Assembly (NCBI GenBank): GCA_963771075.1
Contig: CAVYSE010000026.1
Location: forward strand, 64,001 to 128,000
Direction: 5' to 3'
Source: a candidate division FCPU426 bacterium
Lineage (GTDB): Bacteria > Oederibacteriota > Muellerivitia > Muellerivitales > Muellerivitaceae
DNA: 64,000 nt
Shown: one piece after another, positions 49,049 to 60,556 of the stretch
Position numbering within the stretch: position 1 is the stretch's first letter
How the letters are laid out: every line of letters begins with the position of its first letter
Notes under the pieces: model-generated
Databases searched by the model: none
What the model was told of the DNA's origin: nothing
Seen by the model: the letters and a program-made list of their open reading frames with translations, nothing else
Translations under genes and position numbers: made by a program

Positions 49049-51079
49049 CTATGCGTTCAAGTTTTTTAAATGTGGGAAGGGTGCATTAAGCCTTTTAATC
49101 AGCTGGTTTATGGGCGTTTTTAGCCCGGAGTTGTTGAAAAATAATGGTTTTTCTAAGGTATAATTCAATTGTTGTTGATGGGTCTGTAAACGCGATTTCA
49201 GTTGGCTCCCCTGCCAGGGCTTCCAATACCTTCCAAAATAAATAATAACCAGATTGGAAATATAAAATTCCACGCGGTTAATCATCTTCCCGATAAAATA
49301 GCATTGTAATTGTCAATTATTTTCAGGGAGGAGCGAAATTTAAACCTTAGCTTAACAAGTGGAGCCCCACCTTGATCGAAGGGGTAATCCGCCCAATCGA
49401 CGCCTACCACAACACTATTGGAAAGTGCCTTTAAATGTTTTTTTATGAAAAGTTGGGAAAATTTATAAAGTCAAGCTATGGAAATCCATCCCGTTTCCCG
49501 GGTTGGTTTCTTCTAGGGTGCTATTTATTTGTCGGCCTCGTTCCGAAACCTGCCCAAGCCCAATGCCCGATTTCATGTGTCGCAAAAGTAAACAAAACAG
49601 GTACGGTCACAACCACTTTCGTAAGTGTTACTTGTAGCGGCGTTCAAAGGCTTCTGCTTTTGAAAGCGACGATCCAAAGCGCGGCTGTCTCGATAACCAA
49701 AGCGACCTATGCCGGGGTTGCCTTAACACCCTATCTTCGATCCGCAGATAGCACGAACGCAACGTCGGAAGAAACCTGGTATATGGTGAACCCTCCCACG
49801 GGGGCCAATCCGGTTTCGATCACATTAAGCGCAAGTGCTTACATGCATTCTTCCAATCTTTGCTTCCAAAATGTCAATCAGACCACGCCTTTTGGCGCTT
49901 CCGGCGCGGTAACGGCTCAGGCCTCTTCCGCGGCCCACGCCATCACCCTCACCACCACGGCGGCAAATAGTTGGATCGTTGACCAGTGCCTGGTGGCAGA
50001 TGCAACGAAAATCGCCATTACCGTGCCGGCGCCTCAAGTTGTATTAGTGTCCCAAACAGGCAATAAAGAAACCAGAACGGATGAACTGTCGACCACTTCT
50101 ATTGGTACCTATACTCTGAATTACACGTTCGCCTCCGCCCATATTGCAGATATGCAAGCGGTCGAACTTATTCCGTCCGGTTGTACCCCCACGCCGACGT
50201 CAACCGTTACCGGAACTTTCACCCCCACTTCCACTGGTACATGGACTCCGACGATAACCAATACGCCTTCCATAACCTTCACGCCAACAATGACTCCAAC
50301 ATCAACCATTACTTCAAGCCCGACGGTTACGAGTACCCAAACGCAAACGACCACAGGCACCCAACCTCCCACTTGGACGCCCACGAATACAAACACCATC
50401 ACGGTTACGCCTACGATCACGATCAGCTTCACCTCGACTATTACCTTGACCAGTACGAACTCCATCACCCTGACCCCAACCCTGACCCCAACGGTGACCT
50501 TATCCCCCACGGTGACGACCACCTATACCTCCACCCCCCCGCTTCCGTGGACCTGCAATGGCACCTGGCAATCCAATTCGGTAGATCCAAATGGAATCGC
50601 GGAAGATACCGCCAACGGTTATGTTTATGTCGCGGATCAAACCAACGCTGGCATTGACGTTTTCAACGCCTCGTCCGGGGTCTCCATAGCCAGCTGGAGT
50701 GGAACGCCGGCAAAGTATGCACTCAATACGCCTTTTGGAGTGGCTGTGGACGGGTCGGGCCATGTATTCGTGACGGATACAGGGACGAATGAAGTTTATG
50801 AATTCGATGGATATGGGGCGAACACTGGAAAAGGGGTTAACGTGTGGGGTGGGCCCACTACCTTTAATGGTCCATGGGGTATTGCGGTTTATGGGACTAC
50901 GGTCTATGTGGCTGATAATGGAAATGACCGGGTTGGCATCTACAGCAATACGGGCGCCTATATCGGCGAAATCGGAAGCCCCACCGACCACAGTCCGGTG
51001 ACCTTTGCCTCTCCCACGGGAGTGGCGGTGGATAGTTCCGGCAACGTTTATGTGGCGGATGACGCGAATCAAATGATTT

Positions 51080-52493
51080 CACTCTTGTCCTAAATAAAGG
51101 ACTAAAAAAAGACACCTCCGACTGAAGTAGAATTGGGTTAGTCGACAAGCCCAAAGCGACGGTTACCAGCCGTCGCTACTTCAAACATCCGGAGGCGTAT
51201 TTCGATGGTACCACCAACCAGTCTTTTTGCCCAAGTGTTGAAAATTGTGGATCGCACGGCTTTTGAACGAATTGTGCGGGAGTTTGAAGCCGAAAAACAC
51301 GCCAAGGGGTTCAGTTGCTGGAATCAGTTTGTTTCCATGCTTTTCTGCCAGATGGGAGCCGCCCATTCCTTGAGGGAAATCTGTGGTGGCCTCCACACGG
51401 CCCTTGGGAAATTGACCCATTTGGGTCTTTGCGAAGCACCCACTAAATCCACCTTGGCTTACGCTAACGCCAACCGTCCTTGGCAGGTTCAGCAAAGTCT
51501 TTTCTACCATCTGCTATCGAAGTGTCAGCTACAGGCGGCCATCTCGAAGAGGAAATTCAAGTTCAAGAATCCCCTCTACAGCCTGGACTCCAGCACCATT
51601 GATCTTTGTTTGTCAGTCTTCGACTGGGCAAAGTTCCGTAGGACCAAAGGGGCCATCAAACTCCATCTCTTGCTGGATCATCAGGGATACTTGCCCTGCT
51701 GGGGACTCGTAACGGAGGGAGGCGTGCATGACGTGAAAGTGGCTCAAAAGCTGGATTTTCCGGTGGATTCAATCGTAGTGATGGATCGGGGATATGTGGA
51801 TTTCTTTCTTCTGGCCCGATGGACGTTCCAAGGCGTGTGGTGGGTGACCCGTGCCAAGATCAACATGGCCTACGAGGTGGTGAAGAACCTGCCGGTTCCG
51901 AAAACGGGCAACGTCCTGAAGGACCAAGTGATACGGTTAACAACGTTTCGGTCACAGGAAGCCTACCCGAAAGAGATGCGACGAGTGGTGGTATGGGACG
52001 AAGACCAGAAGCGGGAACTCGTATTCCTTACCAACCACATGGGTTTTGCTGCCTCGACGGTGGCGGCCATCTACAAGGAACGTTGGCAGATCGAGTTGTT
52101 CTTCAAGGCTCTCAAGCAGAACTTACGGGTGAAGACTTTCGTAGGGACCACTGAGAATGCTGTTCAGACGCAGATTTGGACAGCATTGATTGCCATGCTG
52201 CTGTTGAAATTCCTTCAACTGAAGAGCCATATCGCCTGGAGCCTGTCCCACTTGGCGGCCATGCTGCGGATGAATCTATTGACCTACCGCGATTTGTGGG
52301 CTTGGTTGGATGCACCATTCCTGGTGGCGAGATTGGAACCGGCGGAAAAACGAGATGGAATTAATACCCTCGTGATTTGGACAGCATCCGGACGAAAGGG
52401 GGGGGCTTATCCCTGGAAATTCACAAACCTGTCCAAAATCGCTTGTTTTTCTTGGGGGGCAGCGGTCAGATTGAGTTGTTTAGGATAGCAGTG
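51080..52493 (+). mobile_element. IS4-family insertion sequence
   Basis: TIRs cactcttgtcctaaa and tttaggatagcagtg (12/15); 9-bp TSD aaatgattt at 51071-51079 and 52494-52502. Confidence 0.93.
51205..52488 (+). CDS. IS4-family DDE transposase
   Basis: LDSSTIDL, KLH, VMDRGY and YKERWQIELFFK.LKQ (YREK motif). Confidence 0.95.
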   Translation: MVPPTSLFAQVLKIVDRTAFERIVREFEAEKHAKGFSCWNQFVSMLFCQMGAAHSLREICGGLHTALGKLTHLGLCEAPTKSTLAYANANRPWQVQQSLFYHLLSKCQLQAAISKRKFKFKNPLYSLDSSTIDLCLSVFDWAKFRRTKGAIKLHLLLDHQGYLPCWGLVTEGGVHDVKVAQKLDFPVDSIVVMDRGYVDFFLLARWTFQGVWWVTRAKINMAYEVVKNLPVPKTGNVLKDQVIRLTTFRSQEAYPKEMRRVVVWDEDQKRELVFLTNHMGFAASTVAAIYKERWQIELFFKALKQNLRVKTFVGTTENAVQTQIWTALIAMLLLKFLQLKSHIAWSLSHLAAMLRMNLLTYRDLWAWLDAPFLVARLEPAEKRDGINTLVIWTASGRKGGAYPWKFTNLSKIACFSWGAAVRLSCLG

Positions 52494-52899
52494 AAATGAT
52501 TTATGAACTCAACAGCACCGGGTCAACCCTTCTAAATCAATGGGATGTATCGAATGGAGGAATGCAGGGATGCGAGTTTTTGAGTATTGCCGGTACCAAT
52601 GTTTACTTGTCAGATGGGTCCGGCAATGTGGGAATTTACACAACGGGTGGGGGTTTTCAGGGTGTCGTCGCGATACCAAGTTCGAATGACACGGAAGGGG
52701 TTTGTGGTGACGGTACGAATTGGTTTGTGGCGGATAATACCAACAATCTTTTGATCAAATATGGTATGTCGAATTGCGGAACAACCCCGCAAGCAACATT
52801 TACTCCCAGTTCAACCATCACTTTGACCCCGACCATCACTAATAGCTTCACTCTTTCTCCGACTATTACGCTGACATACACGATTACAAAAACCAACAC

Positions 52900-55185
52900 G
52901 ATAACCCCAACGATTACGCTTACTCCGACTATTACCAATACTTATACGCTAACGCCCACAATTACCCTGACACCAACTATCACCAACACCAACACCCTTA
53001 CGCCGACGATTACGCTTACCCCGACTATTACCAACACCAACACACTGACGCCAACGATTACGCTTACTCCGACTATTACCAATACTTATACGCTAACGCC
53101 CACAATTACCCTGACACCAACTATCACCAACACCAACACGCTTACGCCAACGATTACACTTACACCGACTATCACCAACACCAATACGTTGTCACCCACA
53201 ATTACGCTGACACCGACTATCACCAACACCAACACACTTACGCCAACGATCACGCTAACCCTGACCATCACCAACACCAATACGCTGACGCCCACAATTA
53301 CGCTGACGCCGACCATTACGAACACCAACACGCTGACCCCAACGATCACGCTAACCCCGACTATTACCAACACAAACACACTGACGCCAACGATTACGCT
53401 TACTCCGACTATTACCAATACTTATACGCTAACGCCCACAATTACCCTGACACCAACTATCACCAACACCAACACACTGACACCAACGATTACGCTGACA
53501 CCGACTATTACCAACACCAACACACTTACGCCGACGATTACGCTTACTCCGACTATCACCAATACCAACACGCTTACGCCCACAATTACACTTACTCCGA
53601 CCATTACCAACACCAATACGTTGACACCGACGATTACGCTGACACCGACCATTACGAACACCGACACACTGACGCCAACGATCACGCTTACTCCGACTAT
53701 TACCAATACTTATACGCTAACGCCCACAATTACCCTGACACCAACTATCACCAACACCAACACACTTACGCCGACGATTACGCTTACTCCGACTATTACC
53801 AATACTTATACGCTAACGCCCACAATTACCCTGACACCAACTATCACCAACACCAACACACTGACACCAACGATTACGCTGACACCGACTATTACCAACA
53901 CCAACACACTTACGCCGACGATTACGCTTACTCCGACTATCACCAATACCAACACGCTTACGCCCACAATTACACTTACTCCGACCATTACGAACACAAA
54001 CACACTGACGCCGACGATTACGCTGACACCGACCATTACGAACACCGACACACTGACGCCAACGATCACGCTTACTCCGACTATTACCAATACTTATACG
54101 CTAACGCCCACAATTACCCTGACACCAACTATCACCAACACCAACACACTGACACCGACGATTACGCTTACCCCGACTATCACCAACACCAACACACTTA
54201 CCCCAACGATTACGCTAACCCTGACCATCACCAACACCAATACGCTGACGCCCACAATTACGCTGACGCCGACCATCACCAACACTAATACGTTGACACC
54301 GACGATTACGCTGACACCGACTATTACCAACACCAACACGCTTACGCCCACAATTACACTTACTCCGACCATTACCAACACCAATACGTTGACACCGACG
54401 ATTACGCTGACACCGACCATTACGAACACCGACACACTGACGCCAACGATCACGCTTACTCCGACTATTACCAATACTTATACGCTAACGCCCACAATTA
54501 CACTGACCCCGACTATCACCAACACCAATACGTTGACACCGACGATTACGCTTACTCCGACCATTACCAACACCAATACTTTGACACCGACAATCACGCT
54601 AACCCCGACCATTACGAACACAAACACACTGACGCCGACGATTACGCTGACCCCGACTATTACCAACACTAATACGCTGACGCCAACGATTACGCTGACA
54701 CCGACTGTTACCAACACCGATACACTTACCCCGACGATTACGCTAACCCCGACCATCACCAACACCAATACTTTGACCCCGACAATCACGCTAACCCCGA
54801 CCATCACCAACATTAATACACTGACGCCCACAATTACGCTTACGCCGACTATAACCAATACCAATACGCTAACACCAACGATCACGCTTACGCCGACCAT
54901 TACCAACACCAACACGCTTACCCTAACGATTACGCTTACTCCGACCATTACCAACACCAATACGTTGACACCGACGATTACGCTGACACCGACCATTACG
55001 AACACCGACACACTGACGCCAACGATCACGCTTACTCCGACTATTACCAATACTTATACGCTAACGCCCACAATTACCCTGACACCAACTATCACCAACA
55101 CCAACACACTGACACCAACGATTACGCTGACACCGACTATTACCAACACCAACACACTTACGCCGACGATTACGCTTACTCCGAC
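52900..55185 (+). repeat. 48-bp coding tandem repeat (TPTITLTPTITNTNTL), about 47 copies
   Basis: The Tyr-variant unit recurs at spacings of 144, 336, 288, 96, 288, 384 and 576 bp, all multiples of 48. Confidence 0.92.
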
Positions 55186-56986
55186 GGTGACTGACACTTA
55201 CACCGATACCATTACCTTGACTCCGACGATAACACCAACCCCATCAGCAACAGAAACCTCCACGGAAACCATCACCTTGACTCCGACCATAACTTCTACG
55301 CCTACCGTAACGGATACTTATACGAATACCCAAACCTTGACGCCGACGATTACCCTTACCTCAACCATTACCGATACTTTCACAAATACCCTCACCCCGA
55401 CCCCGACGGTTTCCCTTTCTCCGACTGCGACGGACACGGACACCTTCACGGTTACCCTAACCCCGACCCTAACCCAAACAGAGACCATCACCGAAACTTA
55501 CACTGATACCATCACGCTGACGCCCACGGAAACCGACACGTATACCAAAACCATTACCCTAACCCCCACTATCACACTTACACCAACCATCACCGAAACG
55601 CCGGTCCTTTCCTTCACGATCACACTGACGCCTACCGTTACCGCCACACTAACCATAACGGATACGATAACCTTAACCTCCACTATCACGGATACACCAA
55701 CCTTCACCGAAACTCCCACGGGCACCATTACCTTGACCCCGACCGTTACCCTGACCCCCACGGTCACCGATACCTATACGAATACCGTCACGCTCACACC
55801 CACAATTACGCTTACATCGACTATCACCAACACCTATACCAATACGGTTACCTTGACGCCAACGATCACCCTGACACCCACGGTCACCGACACCTATACG
55901 AATACCATCACGTTCACACCCACCCTTACCCTAACGCCGACCATTACCGACACATTTACCAATACGGTTTCCTTAACGCCAACGATCACCCCGACCATTA
56001 CTCTCACTGGGACCAATACGGCGACCCCTTCATCCACCTTTACCGCCACGCCCATCCCCAGCGGAACCTCTACCGTCACTGAAACGTCGTCCGCGACCCA
56101 AACCGCCACTTCCAGCGGTACTGGAACATTCACCACCACTTCGACCGGCACGGGCACTCCCACGACGACAGTCACGACCACACCCGCGATAACCCTTAGC
56201 TTCACTCTGTCGCCCACCGCTACGGGTTCCGGAACCGTTACCCCCACCCAAACCTGGTCGGCCACACCGATCCAAACCGATACGCCGACCCTGACCGCCA
56301 CGCCGGCTTGCGGACAGCAGCTCGTGAACATCTATGACGACCGGGGGGAAAGGGTGGCTTGGATGTGCGGGTCCGGCATTTTCCCCGAAGGCGTCAGCTT
56401 TTCCATGTCGCTCTCCGCATTCGTGCCCAACGCCTCCGGGACGGGCGGGGAAATCACGATCTACTTGAACGGGCGCGTCATCGCCACCTGGAACGGCGTG
56501 AGCACGGGGGGAACCCTGGTGCCGAACGGGTTCTATCATTTCGCGGTCACTGAAACCCTGCCTGACGGCGAGGTGGTGCGAATGATTCACGACGCATATA
56601 TCGAAACCGCTCCCGGCGGCACGGTGGATTTGGTGGTCTGGCCCAATATCGCCCGGCCCGGCGACACCATCCAGATGTTCGCCTCGTTCGCCGGCGTGCC
56701 CGCGGACTCCCAAAGCAGGATCAAGCTTTACGCCATCAGCGGGGAACTATTGCGTACCCTGTGGGTGTCCGCCGGAACCTCCTCCTGGGATTTGAAAAAC
56801 AACAACGGTCAAATCGTGGTTTCAGGCCTTTATTTCGCGGTCCTGGACGGGGTGGACCCGGTGAGTCGTCAAAAACTCTCGAAGATCAAAAAAATATTGG
56901 TTCTTTATTGAATCGGGGATCCGTCTAAAAAAATTGGTCCGTTAAGAAATTGGGTATAATTCGAAAATTCGGTTAACTTCAACGAG

Positions 56987-57814
56987 GTGCCCATGCCCCC
57001 CATGTCCTTGATTCAAAGTGTGCAGAATTCCATGGTGAAGCACGCCTATTCCCTGAAAGTCCCCAAAAAGGCAAAGGAGTCGGAAGACTTTCTGTGCGAG
57101 GGTTTCCATCTGGTGGACGAGGCCCAGAGGAGCGGCATCCATTTCCGCTTCATTTTCGGCACCAAGGAAGCCTGGAAAAGCCCGGAAGGAAACCGCCTTC
57201 AACAAGTCGCGCACCGAGAAAAGACCAAGATGTTCGAGGCCCCGCTCAAGGTCATCGCCTACATGTCCGATACGGTAACCCCTCAGGGCCTGGTGGCGGT
57301 GGCATCGAAAAAAGAACCCGCTTGGCCCGCGGAGAACGCCCGGCTCCTGCTGGGACTTTGCCAGCTTCAGGACGCGGGTAACCTGGGGACGATTCTGCGC
57401 TCCGCGGAGGCTTTCGGCGCCCAGGGCGTTTTCCTCACGGAGGGCTCTTGCGATCCCTACAACCCCAAGGTGGTGCGTTCCTCCATGGGTTCGCTCTTTC
57501 GCGTGCCCCTCATGGGGGGGCTTCCCTGGCAAAACTTCAGCCAGTGGGCCGCCGAGAAAAAGATTCCCATGATCGGCCTAGCGGGGCGGGGGGAGCAAAC
57601 CCTTTCGGAAATGGATGGGGAAAAACCAGCCCTGCTTTGGATCGGTTCGGAAGGGGACGGGCTTCCGCAAGACTTGCTCGCGGCATGCGCCCAAAGGGTG
57701 AGGATTCCCATGTTGGGTAAAGTGGAGTCGTTGAACGCCGGAGTGGCCGCAAGCCTGGCCCTTTTTTCTTATGCCGCAAAGGTTCCTCGCTTTGACACCC
57801 CCCTGGGGCAGTGA
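56987..57814 (+). CDS. TrmH/SpoU family RNA methyltransferase
   Basis: TPQG, LQD.GNLGTILRSA, K.VRSSMG, IGSEG.G and VESLNA.VA. Confidence 0.93.
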   Translation: MPMPPMSLIQSVQNSMVKHAYSLKVPKKAKESEDFLCEGFHLVDEAQRSGIHFRFIFGTKEAWKSPEGNRLQQVAHREKTKMFEAPLKVIAYMSDTVTPQGLVAVASKKEPAWPAENARLLLGLCQLQDAGNLGTILRSAEAFGAQGVFLTEGSCDPYNPKVVRSSMGSLFRVPLMGGLPWQNFSQWAAEKKIPMIGLAGRGEQTLSEMDGEKPALLWIGSEGDGLPQDLLAACAQRVRIPMLGKVESLNAGVAASLALFSYAAKVPRFDTPLGQ

Positions 57815-57826
57815 TACACTTCAGAA

Positions 57827-58018
57827 GTGATGAAAACTGACCTCTTCTTACGCGACCCGGATTCCAAGATGGACCCCTCTTCCCAGGAGGAGTCCTTAAA
57901 CAGCGTTTGGAGTAAGTTTGAGCAAACGGGTTCGATCAGTGTTTTTTTGGCCTATTCCCAAATGGCCAATGGTTCGAATGCTCAAGCAGAGAATCAATCG
58001 ATCCTCTCCGCCTACTAG
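57827..58018 (+). CDS. Small YqzL-like protein
   Basis: W..FE.TGSI..FL.Y motif. Confidence 0.5.
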   Translation: MMKTDLFLRDPDSKMDPSSQEESLNSVWSKFEQTGSISVFLAYSQMANGSNAQAENQSILSAY

Positions 58019-58107
58019 AAATTTAGTTTTTCTTGGTGAAAATCTTCCCTGCTCCCCCAATAATATGCGTTCAACTATGCCCATTCGCCCATTCCCCGAG
58101 GTTTGAC

Positions 58108-59130
58108 TTGGAAAACCTTCAAAATTCTCTCAAGGATATTCTCTCCCGGGCCGGGGAGGCCGTTTCCCAGGCGCGGGATCTAAAAGCGCTGGATGACGCG
58201 CGGGTCCGTTTCTTGGGCAAAAACGGGGAAGTGACCGAACAATTAAAGGCCTTGGCCAAGGTGCCGCCCGCTGAAAAGCCCCTTTTGGGAAAGGCTATCA
58301 ACGAGCTCAAGAACCAGGTGACGGAGCTTCTGGAACGCAAAAAAGAAAACCTAGAGTTGCTTTCTTCCGACCTGGCTCCCGCGGGTTTCGATCCCACCCT
58401 GCCGGGCCGGGTATTGCCGATTGGAAAACTGAACCCCCTGACGCGGGTGATGAAAGACATTACCGGCATTTTCACGGGCATGGGGTTTGATATCGCCGAT
58501 GGCCCCGACGTCGAGACCGACTATTACAACTTTCTTGCGCTCAATTTCCCGCCGGACCATCCCGCCCGCGACGCCCAGGATACCTTTTACCTGTCCGAAG
58601 ACCTGCTCATGCGCACCCACACTTCCCCCATCCAGATACGGGTCATGCAGAACCACAAGCCCCCTTTCAAGTTCATCGCTCCCGGCCGGGTTTACCGCAA
58701 CGAGGCGATCGACGCGACCCACCACCACATCTTCCATCAGGTGGAAGGGTTCCTGGTGGATGAGGGGGTCCACTTCGGGCATTTAAAAGGAACCCTGGAT
58801 ACCTTCATTAAAAAGTTTTTCGGGAACCGGGTCCAAACCCGTTTTCGCCCGAGCTTTTTCCCCTTTACCGAGCCCAGCGCGGAAATGGACATCTCCTGCA
58901 TTTTTTGCGAGGGAAAGGGCTGCCGGATCTGCAAACAATCCGGGTGGGTGGAACTCCTGGGCTGCGGCATGATCGACCCGGCAGTCCTGACCAATTGCGG
59001 GGTCGACCCCGAAAAATGGACGGGGTTCGCTTTTGGCATGGGGGTGGAACGGATCGCCCTCTTCCAATATGATATTGACGATATAAGGCTTTTTTACCAG
59101 AACGACCTGCGGTTTTTGAAACAGTTCTGA
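58108..59130 (+). CDS. pheS: Phenylalanine--tRNA ligase alpha subunit
   Basis: HPARD.QDTFY, RTHTSP.Q, FHQVEG, RPSFFPFTEPS.E and GFAFGMG.ER; GAGG before TTG 58108. Confidence 0.97.
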   Translation: MENLQNSLKDILSRAGEAVSQARDLKALDDARVRFLGKNGEVTEQLKALAKVPPAEKPLLGKAINELKNQVTELLERKKENLELLSSDLAPAGFDPTLPGRVLPIGKLNPLTRVMKDITGIFTGMGFDIADGPDVETDYYNFLALNFPPDHPARDAQDTFYLSEDLLMRTHTSPIQIRVMQNHKPPFKFIAPGRVYRNEAIDATHHHIFHQVEGFLVDEGVHFGHLKGTLDTFIKKFFGNRVQTRFRPSFFPFTEPSAEMDISCIFCEGKGCRICKQSGWVELLGCGMIDPAVLTNCGVDPEKWTGFAFGMGVERIALFQYDIDDIRLFYQNDLRFLKQF

Positions 59131-59134
59131 TTTT

Positions 59135-59680
59135 TTGGAGGATGCCTTGCCAGAAAACGCCCCTCATTCCGACTCCCCGGCCACCTCAAACGGGCCGAAA
59201 TCCAGCGTGGTGGAAACCCCGACTGAAAAGCCCATGAGCGGGTGGGTTACCGCCGGGGCCATTATCGCCACACTCCTGATCGCCTATGGTTTGGCGAACC
59301 TGGAAATACTCCGCCGCGCCCATGACGCCTATAACCGGGGTGAAGCCCATTTTGCCGACAAAAAATACAAGGAAGCCATGTGGGATTACCAGGAAGTCCA
59401 GGAATTTTACTACCTGCCCCATTCCCAGTGGGTCGACAAGGCCGCTGAAAAGGAATGGATCTGCCGGGCCTACCTGGGGGATTTCGTTCCGCCCGAGGGC
59501 CCCTTGGACGCGGACGACCGCACCCTGGAATTACGCAACGGCAAACCCAACGATTACTATAAATACAAGGATGAGATCGCCCAGATCACTCCGGTGGGGG
59601 ACACTTCCTATAACCCCGCCCCCATGACCAATGACGAGAAAGCCTCAACGGATAAGGCCGCCAAGAAGAAAAAGAAGTAA
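59135..59680 (+). CDS. Hypothetical membrane-anchored protein
   Basis: One TM segment followed by a TPR-like helix pair; start could be slightly downstream. Confidence 0.6.
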   Translation: MEDALPENAPHSDSPATSNGPKSSVVETPTEKPMSGWVTAGAIIATLLIAYGLANLEILRRAHDAYNRGEAHFADKKYKEAMWDYQEVQEFYYLPHSQWVDKAAEKEWICRAYLGDFVPPEGPLDADDRTLELRNGKPNDYYKYKDEIAQITPVGDTSYNPAPMTNDEKASTDKAAKKKKK

Positions 59681-59762
59681 AAGTGAGCGGGTGCCTGTCA
59701 ATTCCTTCGCGGTGAAATTTCGGAAGTGTAAAACTTCCTTGGCCTAAGCCGTCCCTCTTCCC

Positions 59763-60428
59763 CTACTTTTTTATGGTTAGCCGTGGGTTTTCAAAATCCT
59801 CGTTATAAAAGACCATGTCGGCTGTTTCATGGGGTTTCACTTGTTCCAAATAGAGCCGTTGGCCGGGGAAATAACGTTCCAGATACAACCGACGGGTTTC
59901 CGCGGGCGGACCGAACCGGTCCATGTCCCTTGCCATCGCGCGTTGAAAGGCGGTTTCGAAACCGCAATCCGTAAATATATGGAAGTCAAACCATCCCGCC
60001 AATTCGGGCCTTTTTAAGAAAACTTCATCCAGGATCAGGATGCAATCAGGGCTTGTCTTCGACCAAAGACCTTTGGATTTAGTCTCGGTTTGAAGATCGT
60101 GGAACGACGTCCGGTACCTTAGGTTTCCGCCCGGGCCCAGGGGCTTCAGGACCTCATCAATCAGTGTGGGGTAATCAAAGGTATTTTCGTAATAACCCAT
60201 CGGGGAATAACGTCCCTGCTGGTGCCGGGTCTCCCTCGGCAAATGAAAGTCATCCAAACTGATCCTCAAGATGTCGCGCCGGGTGGGTCGGAGGGTGGCG
60301 GCCAGTTCGTCGGCCAGTCGGGTTTTGCCCGATGCGTCGATCCCGTCGATGAAGACCCGCAGGGGATGGGAGAGTTTTAAGGCGGATATCTTGTCGGCGA
60401 TGGATCGGATGACGTCGGATCGTGCCAT
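59763..60428 (-). CDS. Uridine kinase-like P-loop protein
   Basis: IDGIDASGKT, S.DDFH and RY..GQ.LY. Confidence 0.8.
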   Translation of the reverse strand: MARSDVIRSIADKISALKLSHPLRVFIDGIDASGKTRLADELAATLRPTRRDILRISLDDFHLPRETRHQQGRYSPMGYYENTFDYPTLIDEVLKPLGPGGNLRYRTSFHDLQTETKSKGLWSKTSPDCILILDEVFLKRPELAGWFDFHIFTDCGFETAFQRAMARDMDRFGPPAETRRLYLERYFPGQRLYLEQVKPHETADMVFYNEDFENPRLTIKK

Positions 60429-60556
60429 GCGCGCCTCGGTTCTAGGGAGCTAATAGGCTACCGCGTTTGATTCCGCGGGTGGCGAAAAAAAGGGTCATGC
60501 GCTTTGATATAGGCTTCCGAGTCTCCGGGGTAAAATTGGATGAGGGTTCGGGGTTT

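Larger units (their letters stand above)
49435..56911 (+). pseudogene. ~2017-aa secreted protein (beta-sandwich, Thr/Pro linker, NHL propeller, long Thr-rich repeat stalk, FlgD/CTD-like end) interrupted by IS4
   Basis: Removing 51080-52493 plus one TSD copy joins ...ADDANQ to MIYELN... in frame; NHL motifs P.G.AVD.SG.V.V.D. Confidence 0.85.

Noticed and set aside
52900..55185. CRISPR array, or ice-nucleation protein (16-aa period with TxT)
   Set aside because: No unique spacers and it lies within an ORF; it lacks the Gly/Ala/Ser-rich AGYGST consensus of ice nucleators and has two Pro per unit.
50121..56331. Val/Ile/Gly-rich minus-strand ORFs (MVIVGVSVIVGV...)
   Set aside because: Antisense shadows of the Thr-rich repeat.
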